Source: Raillietiella orientalis (Eukaryota). Taken from it: a DNA stretch of 64,000 nucleotides. Numbering within the stretch: position 1 is the first letter of the stretch; every line of letters starts with the position of its first letter. The position numbers and the translations under genes are program-made. Below are positions 12,401 through 25,319 of the stretch, piece by piece. Location: assembly GCA_036172245.1 (NCBI GenBank), contig JAYWIR010000067.1, forward strand, positions 62,001-126,000, read 5' to 3'. The notes under the pieces are model-generated. The model did no database searches and was not told where the DNA came from. It worked only from the letters and a program-made list of their open reading frames with translations.

Positions 12401-14629
12401 ACTCCGCCCCCCTTCCCTACCCCCCGCTCTCCCTGGCGCACTGCCTCACCGCTGAGCGACCAGGAGCAGCGACGAGGCCACGTCCCGTTTTCCCTTGTTC
12501 CCGGAAAGCCCTATTTATTTATTTAGTATTCGCGACCACCCAACTCCTGCCGCCAGTTCCGCGTACATCGGGCGCGGTAGGGCCGAGGCGGCCACCTCTG
12601 TCTCCGCGGGCGCGCCTGCGGTGATTTCCGTTCGAAGGAGGGGAGGGGCAGGGGAGAGAGGCGGCCGGGAGCTCGTGAGCTCGGGAGGGCGGAACAGGGA
12701 GGAGGCGGAAGCACCTCCGAGGTAGGAAGGACGCACGCCCGGCCCCGGTCGCTGAGGAGGAGGGCGAGAAGGAGGACGCGCGCGTGCGCGGGGCGACTTC
12801 CGGTGTATTGGACGTGCCCCGCATTCCCGGCGCGACCGCCGGGGGGCGGGGGGCGCTCGCCTCCCCTCTTTAGGTGGAGGCTGCGACGGGCTGCTTATCG
12901 CATCCTCCATCTGCGCCCGTTGCTCAACCACCCGTTCCTTTCCTCTCTCCTTGCTCCCACTCCCTCGGAGCAGATGGAGGGGATGAGGGGATGCCCATCG
13001 GGCAAAGTTTCCTGGAAACAGGTTGAGAAAAGGAAAACGAAGAGGCGAGGACGGAAGTAGTGCGGAAGGACCGGCCCGTTTCCGAGCGCCACAGGCAGCG
13101 CGAGGAGGCGGCGGTGACCTAGCGCCCGTTTGTGCATCCGGGGCACGGACGGCGGCGGGACTTCAGTCAGCCGCCCGTATCTGAATTGTTGGGGGAGCAA
13201 GCGAGCAGGGAGAGTGGAAACGGATCGTTCCGACCGGGGAGGAGTACGCGGGGCGGGAGTAGATGGGCGCCCGATCGCCGGCAGAGGGAGCAGCTCGTCA
13301 AGTCGACCGCCAGAGGGGCCTGCGGAAGCATCCTTGTCAGCCGTCAAGGACCCTCGCCGCGCCGCCCCGAGCTGAGTCCACTGCAGTGCCTCCCTCTGGC
13401 GTGGCATCGCTCTCGCCCGAGGAAATCCCCTTCTCGTCCCTGAACCCAAGATCGACCCATTCCTCCTCCTCCGATTTCCGTTCTGCCCACCGTCCTTGTG
13501 GCAGCCTCGCCCCTGCCTGCCGCCTGCCAGGGATCCGGAATTCCGCTGCGGGTCAACGGAACCCATCGGGGAACCCTCGCTCCCCATTCCCCGCCGCTGG
13601 AATGGTCGAGACGAATGGGCCGCCTGCCCGCATGCTGTGGTCGGTCCTTTCTTCCCTCCTTGCGTTCCTGGTTGGAGAAAAACGGATGCTCCCGCCTCCT
13701 CTGTCCGGGACGCGCCCCCAGTCCGGATCGTCAGCAGGCTCCCTTCCTTGTAGCTTCGCAGCTGGACTACTGCCCCTCATCACTCGCCCGATTGGGAGGG
13801 AGAAGATCGAGCCGCTGCCTTCCTCATTCTTCAAGCCACCCGCCTCACGAACCACCGCCACCGCCATCTCCCCTTCGGGTTTCCAGGTCGGTTTGAGATG
13901 CAGGACTTCTGGGTGAGGGAGCCCCGGACCCAGCCGTCTTCGCCTCCACACACACGCACACCCGTGCCTATTTCCAGCGTTCCTCTCCTCTTCGTTCGTC
14001 AGGGATTCGGTTCGGCCTCCCGCCCCCCTGCGACGCCAGCAGGTCGCTTCCTTGCTTCCGGCGAGCGCAAGGCATTCCGCTCAGGACGAAGTGCGGCGGA
14101 AAGGGGGCGCCCCCTGGACGGACACTGCAGGTGGGGTCCGGGAGAAGGTAGCGGCTCCAGATGGGCAGGCCGTTCTGGGGAGCAGCCGACGTCCGGCAGC
14201 CTCGGTCGCCCCGGAAACCCCAGACCACTTACCTCTTCGGAGCTCCGGAGATCCTCGGGACGCGCCGAGGCGGAGCCCAGCGCTGTCCGAGGCAATGATT
14301 CCCAGGCGGGGGAATGCTCCGCGGGGCAATGATTCCCAGGACCTCAGTTCCCGCGTCACTTTGCGACAGAGAGAGGGCGGAGAGGAAGCCGAGCGAATCG
14401 GGAGGCTTGGCCGTCCCTCTGCGAGAGCCCCCGGGGGAGCAGAGGGTGGAGCGTCGGAGCGAGTTCTCCACCTCACGACCGTCCGAACCCTCACGTTCTC
14501 CTAGGCCGTAGGTGCGGGAGGACTCCCAGCCCTTCGCCTCCCATCCTCGTTTCTTGGAGGTGGACCCTCGGCGAAACTCACCTCACCGGGTGCCGACTCC
14601 TGCAAGGGCGGCAGCGGGGCCGCCGATAC

Positions 14630-14908
14630 GAATTGAAACCAGAATACAGACTTATTGAAATAACGTAAAGTGAGCAATATGTTAAAAGCCAGTTCGAGCG
14701 ACTGACACTTTCAGAACAACCGATGGATCTTGAATATCATTTGGCAACTGTGACAGCTGATCGACCAGCTGTAACTGTCAAGCCTACACTTCTCATCGGA
14801 AGGCCCTTTCCAAATTTTATACCCCTACACCATCAAAAAACTAGTGCATTGCAAAGGTGTATCGTGTTCAAAAAATGATACTGGTAAGGAAACACGATGT
14901 TGGTGCCG
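14630..14908 (+). pseudogene. piggyBac-like transposase C-terminal relic
   Basis: AT-rich insert; translation QFERLTLSEQ...KPTLLIGRPFPNFIP...KTSALQRCIV then (frameshift) CSKNDTGKETRCWC matches the piggyBac pattern FRL.L.EQ...RL.GRHFP..IP...RC.VC....KETRY.C of the cysteine-rich domain. Confidence 0.65.
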
Positions 14909-14939
14909 GGCGCTCCGCCCACCTCTACCCCCTCGGGAG

Positions 14940-15213
14940 CGACGGCGGACTTGGCCAGCCCGAGCACTGCTGGAGAATTTTCCTCTTCTCACCGATTCAG
15001 GGAAGAGCGTGAGGAACGAGATGCGATCCAGAGATGCGCTCTGGGAAGAGCCCTCGCGGTACGCGATCTCGCCGGCAGAGAGCTCCTAGAAGAGCCACTC
15101 CGAGAATGGCCCACGGATTCGGCGCCATGGCAGCGCACCTTCTGCGCGCCGCTATCACCTGCATTCGTCATTCTAGTCGACAGAAACGTTCCCATGGTGC
15201 CGCCGCATTCAGA
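14940..15213 (-). mobile_element. LINE ORF1-like relic; direct repeat of ~9497-9796
   Basis: Long shared blocks with the 9.5-9.8 kb copy (both translate GAQKVRCHGAESV.HSRSGSS). Confidence 0.5.
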
Positions 15214-16193
15214 AGCTGTATCCCGGGATAGGGATCGATGGGCGAGGAGACGTGCCCTCTGAGCTCCCTCGGGGATCGACCGCCGCCGCCCTCCTCGCTC
15301 TCCACGAAAGCGGGTTGCCAGTCTGTCCGTTGAGGGCGTCTCCAGGGAAACGACCTCGGCGGCCTTGGAGGCGGCAGTCAACGGCGCCCCTTCCTCCCTT
15401 GGGGGCACAGCTGCCTCCTGGAAGACCGGCTCATCAGTTCGTATGGGGACGACCAGGAAGAGGAGGCGGGGCGAGTCCGGCTGGGAAAAGTCTGGGGCCG
15501 CCGCGGCCGTCTGTCTCCGCGTTCCCTGAGCCCCGCCCTCTCCATCCGCTCTTCTCCTACCTTTCTGCCCCGAGGGGGATCTTGTTTTCAAGAATTTTCA
15601 TGGAGGACCAGACGGAAGAAGGTCAGGGGGAAGATCCCTCCTTTCCCTTCCTCGCTCCGTGGAGAGTGGGGTCACGCTGCACTCTCCACGGAGGGGTCAA
15701 GAGTCGGCTACGCCGGCGACGCTGCACCCGGTTTCCCCGCACTTGGGTCTTGCTCGGATCTGCGGAGTCACGTGACGGGTGCCCAGCGCTCAATTCTGCG
15801 GAGGCTTCAAGAGGAGACCTCCCGTCCGTCCCGTTCGAGCCACGAGGGCGCGCAGCCCTCTCTGGTCTCTCTGGCTCCATGGTCCGTGGCGCGCTCCTTG
15901 GCTTGACCGCAAGAGGGTGGCAGGAGGAACAGGGAGGGGGCAATGACCACGGATGACCTCGGGAGACAGACCCGAGCGAGGATCTCGAGAAATGGCCGAA
16001 GGCGGAGACTGCGAGGGTGAAAGTGGGAGACTGGCGCCCATCTTCGATGGTTGCTGACCGAAAGAGATGACGACGGAGGCGGGTGCAAGTACCCGATCTC
16101 GACCCGACCAACTGGAACCAGCAGCGCCCCTGCCCGCTGCTTCTGCCACGCAACACGAGATCCAGGGGGAGTGCCCCACAACCCGCGGCCGCA

Positions 16194-17520
16194 GCTGACG
16201 TTCCTCCCGGCGCGGAGAATGACAAACAGGCGGGAAGTTGCCCTCCTCGTTTTCTGGGAGACGCGCAGCCCTCCCTCCCCAGAGCGCAGGGAGGAAGGGC
16301 GTCCGTCCGCATCTCGGGCGCGCAGGAACGCCTCCGATGAGATTCACGTGCGCTCCAGCGCCGCCGGCTTCCGAGACGGCGACGCGGGGAGGGCAGGGAA
16401 GAAGATGCGCCGCCTCAGCTCCGTGAGGGAAGGCGCGGGAGAAGGTCTCTCCGGCAACGGGACCGCTGGGCCCCGTCTTGGCAGCGGCGGGAAATCGCTG
16501 GCGCTGCTCGGAGGGAGGACAACCGGTTTCCGGAAAAGCGCGGTGCGCGTGACCGAGGACGGCTGGCCCTTCTGCCCGGGCAGGTGCGCCACCTCCTCCG
16601 CCGCAGTAAATCGAGGCGCAAGACCCGAGGAGGCGCATTTCGGCGGGCGTTCCTCACCATCGTGGGAACGAACCCTCGAGGCTGCCTCGACATCCCGACG
16701 CTCGCGGGTCATTGGATTTCGGCAATCGCCGCCGCTACCCTTCTTTCTCACCACCGCTTCCAGCCTCTGGTTTCTTAGCAACGAGGGAGTGCAGGTTTCT
16801 GCTTGGGTGCTGTCGGAGGATGCTGGTTTGTAGGCCTTTCGAGGAGGACGCTGTGGTTCCGGAGAAGGCGCGGGAAATCCAAGGAGTTGGAGCTTGAAGA
16901 GAGGACGGAAAGAAGGAATGAGGGTTCTTAAAAAACGAGGAGAGAGGAGGGGCACGGAGTGCCGGAGCGAATGGCCGGAAGCAGCTTTCCCGGTCATTGG
17001 ACCCTGCGGTCCGACAGCAGGTGGCCAGCGCGGTCACTACTCTCCGCAGACAGGTTTTCCGATGGTGCTCTCCAGACAAAGCTGTTGGAGCTTGCGTACA
17101 CCCTTGGCGCAGGTAACCTTTTTCGCGCCGCCGCCTCCGGGCATCCTTCCGAGGTGGAACTTGTCCCTCTAGCTCGAGCCGTCTGGTGACTGAAGAGGAC
17201 GCTCAGACTCCATATATGCAGTGGGGGATGGTGGCGCCACTGGTGCCTTCCCCACCGTTCTCGGGGAAGGGAGGCAATAGGAGAGACGGGAAGAGTCGGG
17301 GAAGACATCCTTTCCAGAGTTCCTTCCGATTGCCTCCCTTTCGTGCCCGTGGAGAGGTACGCAAGCAACTGTTCGGGCCTTCCACTAGAGCGAGCGCTTC
17401 CGTGAAAACGACGGAAGGCATCGCCATCCTCTGCTCCACCGCTGGCTGCATCGCGGAGGAAGACGGTGGCGAGCAGAAGATCGAAAGAACGTCCCCCCGC
17501 GGGCAAGAGACATAGCCCAT
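16194..17520 (-). mobile_element. LINE ORF1 relic containing the right arm (16194-16659) of the 466-bp inverted repeat
   Basis: Frameshifted knuckle-like HRKTCLR / SSDRAGHLLSDR at ~17.0-17.1 kb followed by a Pro/Ser/Arg-rich tail containing the repeat arm. Confidence 0.45.
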
Positions 17521-18899
17521 TGCGAAAGTGGAAGAGAAAGGGAAGAGATGGGAGTAAGAGAAGCAGAGCGCCTACATTTCTTCGGAGCAGCAAGAAACGT
17601 GACTTTACGGTTCTGGCAGGTGGACCCATAATCATGCACGGGTGCCCCGGAACAGCGCTCCGGGACTGGGACGCGATCTTTTCTCCCTCCTGCCGGTCGT
17701 CGCTTCCGGTCCCGCGCGCGTCGTCTCCATGGGAACGAACGAAATGAAGCAGCATCCCGCTCCTCGAAAAGGGTCGGGTAAGCCTCTATTCTCGTATCTT
17801 GAACTCATGGGTGCGTAGAGCTTCCCGCCTGACTTCAAGAGTTGCCAGTCTCTTAAACCCTTCCACTCTTCCTTTTGCCTTTACATTCCTCGCAGCCAAG
17901 GCAGGGACTTGGAATTTTCATCATCGGCCGGCTGCGAGAATTCCCAGAAAACTACCGCGCTGCTCACCCCTAGTTTTTCCTTTCTCTGCTTCTTTTTCCT
18001 TTTCCACTCCAAACACGGGTAGAGTCTCCCACAGGAACGCCGTTGTCGGAATTAGTTCCTGTATTTCTCGAAGGAACCTCCCGCAATATACGGGTGTGCG
18101 GGCTTTCCATGGATACGCAAAGAGCACACTCAGAAGCCCGATATCGAAGGAAAAAGAGCACAAGAAAACCCAAAGAATCTCGGCCGCGCGCATGCACCGG
18201 CAAATCGATGGCGGAGTCGTTTTGCAACATTAGTCAACAATGCACATGAAACATTCGCGACCATTGTCATCGCAATGTCTGCAACAATGAGTATGGAAAA
18301 AGCACACTCGCATCCATGGTTATAGCAGTGTTCACAACAATGCAGTCCACGTCGGCGACTGAGATTGATGCCTCCCTCCATGGTTACAAACGACGTGGCG
18401 ATCGCGCTTTACGCAGGTGTCTTCTCCCGAGAAGTTCTTCCTTCGGCATCCCGGCCAAGTCGTTTGTTCCGAGCAACCTGCAGCGCGTGAGATTGCCACC
18501 TGTTCTGAACGGCTTACCGAACTCATGCTTCGCGGAAAACTCCCGAGGTCTGTTCCATATTCTTAAACCAAACCTGTACACCTTGTACACCTTAAACCAA
18601 ACCAGGAGGGACTTCTTCCGACCCTGATTTCCAACCGGTTGAGACATTAAATTCAAAACCACAAAACAAGACAGCTTTGCCCAATACAAATACAATCTTT
18701 CAATCACGCTACCAATTAAATAGCTAATTATTAGTCTACCTTAGCACCGTCAAAATACCGCAGCTGTTTAATATATACGGGACGTTTATTCTAGAGAATC
18801 ACAAACCATCTGGAAGCAAAGTTCCCAAACAAAGGGAAAAGAAGTTCTAGGGATGAGCTCCCCGACACGCAACCCGGGCACACCGAAAATACGGAACGG

Positions 18900-19400
18900 G
18901 AGGGAGGGGATCACTAATAAACATGTAAAAAAACACAAGAAAAAAGATATGGGGGGGAGGGGACAGGGGTCTTTGTCTTTGGCCGTTCCATCCTTTCAGA
19001 ACCGGAGTTGGATGCCGGAGGTCTCCTTCCTCACTTTGAGATGAGGCCACCTGGAAGCCGTCCTCATGTTGACGTCGGCAATCCTGGTGGCCTCTCTTGT
19101 TATCGCTCGATTCCAACAGGAGTCGGGTCATGACGGTGGAGCGGATGGAACAGATCGTTGCGATGACTGCATTTAGAGAGAGGCCACCATGCGTGAAGAA
19201 GCGGCGCATGACGTCCACTGAGATGTCCTCCTGTCTTTCGACGCTGAAGGGACTGGAAGTAGTCGGAAGGCACTGCAGGAAGAACATTCAAGACTCCATA
19301 GTCGTCTTCCCGGGAATCATCCCTAAGAAATGGGGATAGAATGTCGAAGGTTGTGTTCACAAGAGTGCCTCCGAGTGGTGAGCCACAGGAGCATCAGGAG
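18900..19400 (-). mobile_element. L1/Tx1-like LINE 3' fragment (decayed)
   Basis: Minus-strand atgaggacggcttccaggtggcctcatct...ccggcatcc parallels atgaggacagcgtcaaaatggctccatct...ccggcatcc in the 48.9-kb copy; followed by C-rich then T-rich tract. Confidence 0.5.
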
Positions 19401-21899
19401 GGATGATCTTTTCTCCACACGATTCCGGCGTTCCTTTTTCTTTTCCAGCTCCAAACTTTCACGAGCTCCTTCACGGGTCTTCTGGTCCGAAGGAAGACCT
19501 CTCGCAATATTTGCGTCGGGGGGGAAAGGTCGCAGTGGGAGGAGAGGGGAAGATTGGAAGGCACAGGAGGGCGGAAGCAGGAGAAATCCTCTGCTTGCTC
19601 TCGACGTCCCGCGGTCGCTTTCCCCAGTAGATATGGGAGGTGCCGAAGCCACAACCACCGGCAGTGGTTCTTCGCCTGATCTTTCCCCAGGCACAACACG
19701 CCTGTCGCAGTGACGAACGTCTCGGGAATGAGAGGAGGAAACGAGGGTGGCTGGAAATCCTAGAGCGCGCGCGCGTAGCAGCGCGGGAACGAGATCTTCG
19801 CGGAGCGAGCGTGCGAGTAGCGTGCGAACGTGCTCCTTGGAAACTTGCCGAGCTGAAGGTCGCATTGCGTTGGCAGGACAGCGGGCAGCATCTCGATACA
19901 CAGGAGAGCACCGCCGGTTTCCGCGGTGAGCGAAGCGTGCTCACAGAGCCCACAAACTCAGTTTTGCAGCGCATCTGCTTGTGCAGAGGTCGGTCGCGCA
20001 GATCTGCCCGAAGATAGGTGGGTGGTTGGGAAAACGAATAGAAGGCATGCGTGGACACGGGCGTGGGTGACCGCTGGATTTTGGAGGGGGTCGGAGATAC
20101 CCAGTTACACAGACAGATGGAAGCAGAAGCGCACCCATAGCAGAAGCAAACTCACGAGTGTACCTGTGGACGCCGTGAATCCGTAGGCGTCTGCCACAAG
20201 TCTGTACACATGTCCTTCTGTCCCACCTACGCAGGTGAATCGATGGACAGACAAGCAGAGTCCCTCCATCGCTGCCCCACTTCGCGCAGATCTCTTGGAC
20301 AGGTGAACGCATGCAGGGGTGAACGTACACGTGTGGAGGTCCGACGAGCAGACGGAAGGAGGTCCGTGGAGAGTGCGCGCGTCACTGCAGGTGGTCACAA
20401 ACGGGTGCCGTGAGCCTCCGCACCGTGCGCGTCCAATCCGTGGACGAGTGTGGGAAAACCCCTTCCGGTGAGCGGTAGCGGCTCTGGACATGCCATCCCC
20501 CAGCACCACACGTCGGGGACAGGAAAAAAAAAGCCGGAAAAGGAAGATGTCGCGTGGGCGTCGATTTTTTTTTCGGGAGGCGACGGTCGCGTGGACGAGG
20601 GCGCGCGCCGCCAGGATCCCCGAGCGCGCTTTTCCTCCTCCCTCCACTCCCTGGTGCGCACGTGCCTCACGCGCTTCCGTTCCCCTTCCGCCTCGCTTCC
20701 TCGCGTCGTCCATCTCGCGCGTCCTTGGACCGCGGGAACGACGTTCGCATTTTTAATGCCGGCTTGAAGTCGTGCGCCCGGGGAGGAGGGGTGGTGGAGG
20801 GCGCACCGCCGAGGTTAGCCTGCGCCCACCGTACGAGCGGCTCGGTGCAGCGCGTCCCATCGGCGGGCGCCGACGTCTTCTTGCGCGCTGCCGCCTTTGC
20901 CGACCACGGGGATGGCGAGTGCAGGAGGGTCCGGTGGAGGGGGTAAGCAGGTCCAGGCCCGAGGCACCCAGACGGCTCCATTGCCAGTGTGCGCTCAGCT
21001 AACCTGGAGGAGCGCCCGCCCAAGGCTGAAGGAGGGAGCGGGCGTGGCGCCTTCCCGGAGGAAGGCACCCGCCTACTCCTGCATGGGGGGGGGCATCGCG
21101 TCGCCCCTCCTCCCCAGCGTTCCCGCTGCGAGCGACGCACCCGCCATCCGTGGGAAGAGCATTCGTTGTGCACCGCGTAGAGGGAGATGCGGTTGAGCAA
21201 TCCTCACCCAGCTAGGTGATCTCAAATGTGATTTTCCGAGAGTCCCTCTCCTTCTAATGAATAAATTATGGTAAATAGGTGATCAGATTTCTGCGCGGAA
21301 GGGCATCTTTCGCAGGCCACTTCCTCGTCCCGGTGGGACTTTGCAGACCTTGCTCGCCTCCCGCCGCGCGCGGTCCGGGCGGGCTCTGATTGGTCGGTTT
21401 GAATTCCGCCGCGGAGACGTGGCCACCGCCGTATGTGGCGGCGCGAGCCCTCGTGAAGGACTCAGCATCATCGAATCGGACCGTCAGCCTCCCAGTCCGA
21501 GGAGATTTTCAGTACTTATTTTTTTTTGGCTTGCGAAACGTCGGGCGAAGGAGGCAGAAATGAAAAGTTCCGCCTCCTCCCCGCTTTACGGCGGAAAGCA
21601 CGTTCTTCGGATCGCGCTCGCCCGAGGGTATGACGGGAAAGACAGATCTTGCGGTTCACCCGCTCGTGCGTGATGCGTGTGAGAACTTTGCGTGTGTTCC
21701 CAGTGCGGAGGAAGCTCTGTTTACAGGATTTCCTTTGCTCATGATTAGACTACCCCCCAACTGGAGATTAATCCTCCTCATCTTTGAAGACGCCGAATCT
21801 TTTTTTTTTTGCCTGACAAAAACACAAAAGCTCCTCTTACTGTCGGTTGATATTTTAGCTGGGCTACGTCACCGGAGAGCGACTGGATTTCCAGGAGGT

Positions 21900-22350
21900 A
21901 CACCACCTTGGGAAGTGCCCGTTGGCACCTCAGGAAGTCGACGACGAAAAAAAAACAGAAAGCCGAATTGGCTGGATTTTCCGATCCGGAAATTTTTTCT
22001 TTGTTTTCACTCTGCCCCGCCAAAAGGTCCGGAAGCTGCGCACGAGATGAGAGAGATGATGCGGTAGTCCAGGACCCCCTTCGTCGTGACAAAGCGTGGT
22101 GGATGTGCTGCAAAGCACGCGAGGTGGATGCCGTCAGCAGGTGCTGCGGATCACTGTTGCCACGGATGGTTCCCATGCCTGCATGTCTTCGGTGGACGCA
22201 GTTGTTGAAGCAGCATGCGATCCTCATAGGAGGCGCAGAGGTCTCCCGGAAGCGTGCGGCAATGCCTGGCAAATCCAGCCTTGCAGGTTCATCAACGGTG
22301 GCTCGCCCAGGAGCCGGCGTTCCCAACGAGCGGCAGAGGCGCGAACCTTG
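21900..22350 (-). mobile_element. Possible LINE post-RT fragment
   Basis: DEPARLDLPGIAARFR resembles the EGGL.LPD motif that follows the RT core of L1/Tx1 elements. Weak. Confidence 0.3.
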
Positions 22351-25205
22351 CCCGCTCCTGAAGCAGCTGAAGGGGGGAGGGGGCGTCCCCCTCACTTTGC
22401 ACTCCCACCCCTCTGTCCTTTGCACCCCTATCCGACACCCGTCCCGGTCTGCTGAGCACGGGCAGAGGCTTCCGTCCTCCCCCTCCCTTACGAAACAAAC
22501 GCGCCCGCAAGGCAAGTCCCCACCTCGCCGAGCAGCGTCATCAACCATGCGAGGTCCCCCCCCTTCCGTTCGGCTTGCCTCCCCCTGCAGGGCGCATGCG
22601 CTCGCTGCGCGCGTCCTTCCAGGGAGGCGGAGAGAGGGAGAGAGAAGAGACACGAAGTGGGGAAACGGATCTCGTTCTCAACTTGGTATGCGGCAGCCCC
22701 TTTTCCTGGTAAGCCCCTCCTCCCCTTCCGCAGAGCCCCGAGCCTCCTCGCGGCGGCAGTCCATGCGTCGCGAACTTTTCCTCCACCCCCGCCAAAGCTC
22801 CGCAGGCACGTGGCTGGGTGGAGTCCGAGGCCACTCGCGCCACCTCTGCTGAGGCCACTCGACTCGGAGAATGCTCGAGGCTCTGTCCTGAAAGTTCCCT
22901 CTGGCAGACGAAGAGGTGATGTGCGTCACGGGGGATCGGTCCGTGATGCGCGCAATCCCCCATCCAATCGCCGCCTCGGTGGCGAGGAAGAGCCGTCACG
23001 GATGCTGCCGTCTGAGAGCAGCGGCGGCGGCAGCTGCGGCTTAGTTTACCCGGGCGGCACGACGACGCGCCAGAAAGGCGGGAGGGAAGAGAGAAATAGG
23101 GGAAGTTTGATGGGAGGAACGAGAGCACCTTGGTCCTGGCTGCACGTCTCAGTGACGCGCGAGCGTAGACGGGCTTTGACGTCACGCGTCGCGGAGTGTT
23201 CTGGTTTTTACGCTGTCCGCCCGATTCCGATCCGCGCCTTTCGCCTCGCTCGCTTCGCGCCATCGGCTCCGGCTGGGCCCGGAGCGCAGTTCCGCTCGGA
23301 CGGATTGGCGGAGGTGAAGAAGAAGCGGGGGGGGGGGGGGGGGGAAGGTGCCACTGCCTTCCGGCATGCGCACCAGCAGCGCTCGCCGGGCGGAGGGATC
23401 GCCACCCGCACAACCGCAGGAAGACGAGACTCGGCCGTTCCAGCTGCGGCGGGTCTTGCACGCGGCCCTTCCTCTCTCCCCACCCCAGGCCGCCGCCAGC
23501 GAATGAGAAAAGGAAAAATCCTGGTCGCCTGGCGTCCTCCAGCTCTCCCAGAGCCAGCCCCGCCGCTCACTGAGCGAAGGAGCCGTTGCGCAAAACCGGG
23601 CACGCACGAAAGATTGGTTGCAAAACCAGCCAGCTCGAGGGGATTCGATTGGATGAGCGGCGGCGGCGGTGGAGGAAGGGGGGCAAGTCACGCTAAGACG
23701 AGCGGCCAAGAAGACAAGCAACGGGGAACCGGAGGACGATTGCGCAAACGCAGCCCGCCCGCTCCCCACTCTCCCCTTGAGGAGAACCCGATCCGAGGTC
23801 CGCCGCCAGATGGGAAAATCACAGACACCGCTGCAGACCCGGAGAGAGTGCCGGGAGTCCAGGCGGGCCGTTTCAGCTTGGTTGCTGCCGGCGGCGCGTC
23901 CTCCCCCGCGGCGCTCGCGAACCGGTCCGCCTGGACCGACGGGGCAGCGCAGAGGGCCGGACCGACATCCTCCGCTAAAGGGAGGAAATGGTCCCGTTCG
24001 CACGGCGGGCGAACCGGGCATCAGGCAGATCTCAGGCTCGTGATGAGAAACGCGTCAGCTGACCATTCAGACAGCGCGCGCGCCAAAGGAAAGAAGACCT
24101 GACTGCGCCAAAGTGGGCTACGCGGACTGCTCGCTTTGTTCGCAGCTCCGCCTCCGAGCTGCCGACAAGTGCGAGGGGTCGCCTGGGGCGCGTGCCCCTG
24201 AGGAGCGAGAGGGCATTGAGGTACTGGCCCGGCACACTGTGGGCCAGATGACGGTGCACAGCATCCGCAATCAGCGTAGGAAGAGGAGCAACGAAGGAGA
24301 AGGGAGTTTTGCCTGGGGACCCACCTCCGTTCGCGCCCTTCCTAAGTTGGAGGCGCAGGAAGGACTCCAGCGCCGAGACGAATGGCCGCAGAAGACGAAG
24401 GGGCGGCTCTGGCAACGGGAATCAACGGCAGCAGATGCGAGAGACAGGGCAGATCCCAGGGAAAACAGGGAGGACGAGAGTCGGGGACCGACCAGAGAAG
24501 GCGATCGCCAAAGGGTGCGAGAGTCCAGCTTGCCCGCCCACCAGGTCCCGCCGCCTGCTACCCCGGCATCCACACTCTTCCTTAACAAGGCACACAGTAG
24601 GGAGGAGGAAGCAAGGAGAACCATCGTGCTCCCACCTCGCCGCTCTCAGACAGACGCATCCGCCCTGGGCAATCACTCCAGGCGTGTCTGCGCGTTTCTG
24701 CCGTTCCTTCCGCAGAGCTCTTCTCTCCCAAGAACCGTTTTCAAGGTGGCGCACTTGTCTCCGCCCCGGAGGAGCGACATTCCTTCGCGTTTCCGCTCCC
24801 AGCGTGACACCGCTTGCTTGGAGAGCACTGGGCAAGCGGGAGGAATTCGCAGACAACGCGCGCGGGAGGAGTGGAGAGGGAGGGAGCAGCGGACGTGCTT
24901 CCCGCCTCCATCTCTGCGGTGGCGAGCGTGCCAAGGATCGACCCTTCAAGCACGCCGCTGCTGGCGCGCGGCAGCAGGCACCCAGATACGCCCAGCGCCG
25001 ACCGGCGGCAAGTCCGCAATCGGCAGGTGCCCCTACGCCCCTTGGCGGCACGCGAGGTGCGCATCTGCGCCCCCACCTTCACGGACGAGTGCCAGACGAA
25101 ACGGGAAAGGAGAGCACCCACACTTCCGTTGCAGAATGTCATGCAAAGCCGACGACGCCTCCTAGCCGCCTCTTTGTGCCCGGGCGCGAATACTTCAAAA
25201 GACCA

Positions 25206-25211
25206 TTTATT
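25206..25211 (-). terminator. Polyadenylation signal of Chibby
   Basis: AATAAA on the minus strand about 110 nt after the stop codon, just before the switch to GC-rich DNA. Confidence 0.6.
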
Positions 25212-25319
25212 AAGAGTGACTTACAAAAATGACTAGATTTAAAAACTGTTGCTGATCACATGGGGTAATTTCCAAGGTCCATTGCGAAAAGTTCCCGTAA
25301 AAACGGTCGGAAAAGGCGA

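Noticed and set aside
9006..16659. Large TIR transposon (Maverick/Mutator-like)
   Set aside because: Homology fades beyond the arms instead of ending sharply, no TSD seen, interior is a mosaic of unrelated relics.
22657..25232. Long ORFs of 481, 350 and 307 aa
   Set aside because: Arg/Gly/Pro/Ser-rich, overlapping on both strands, no recognisable domain; expected from stop-codon scarcity in GC-rich DNA.
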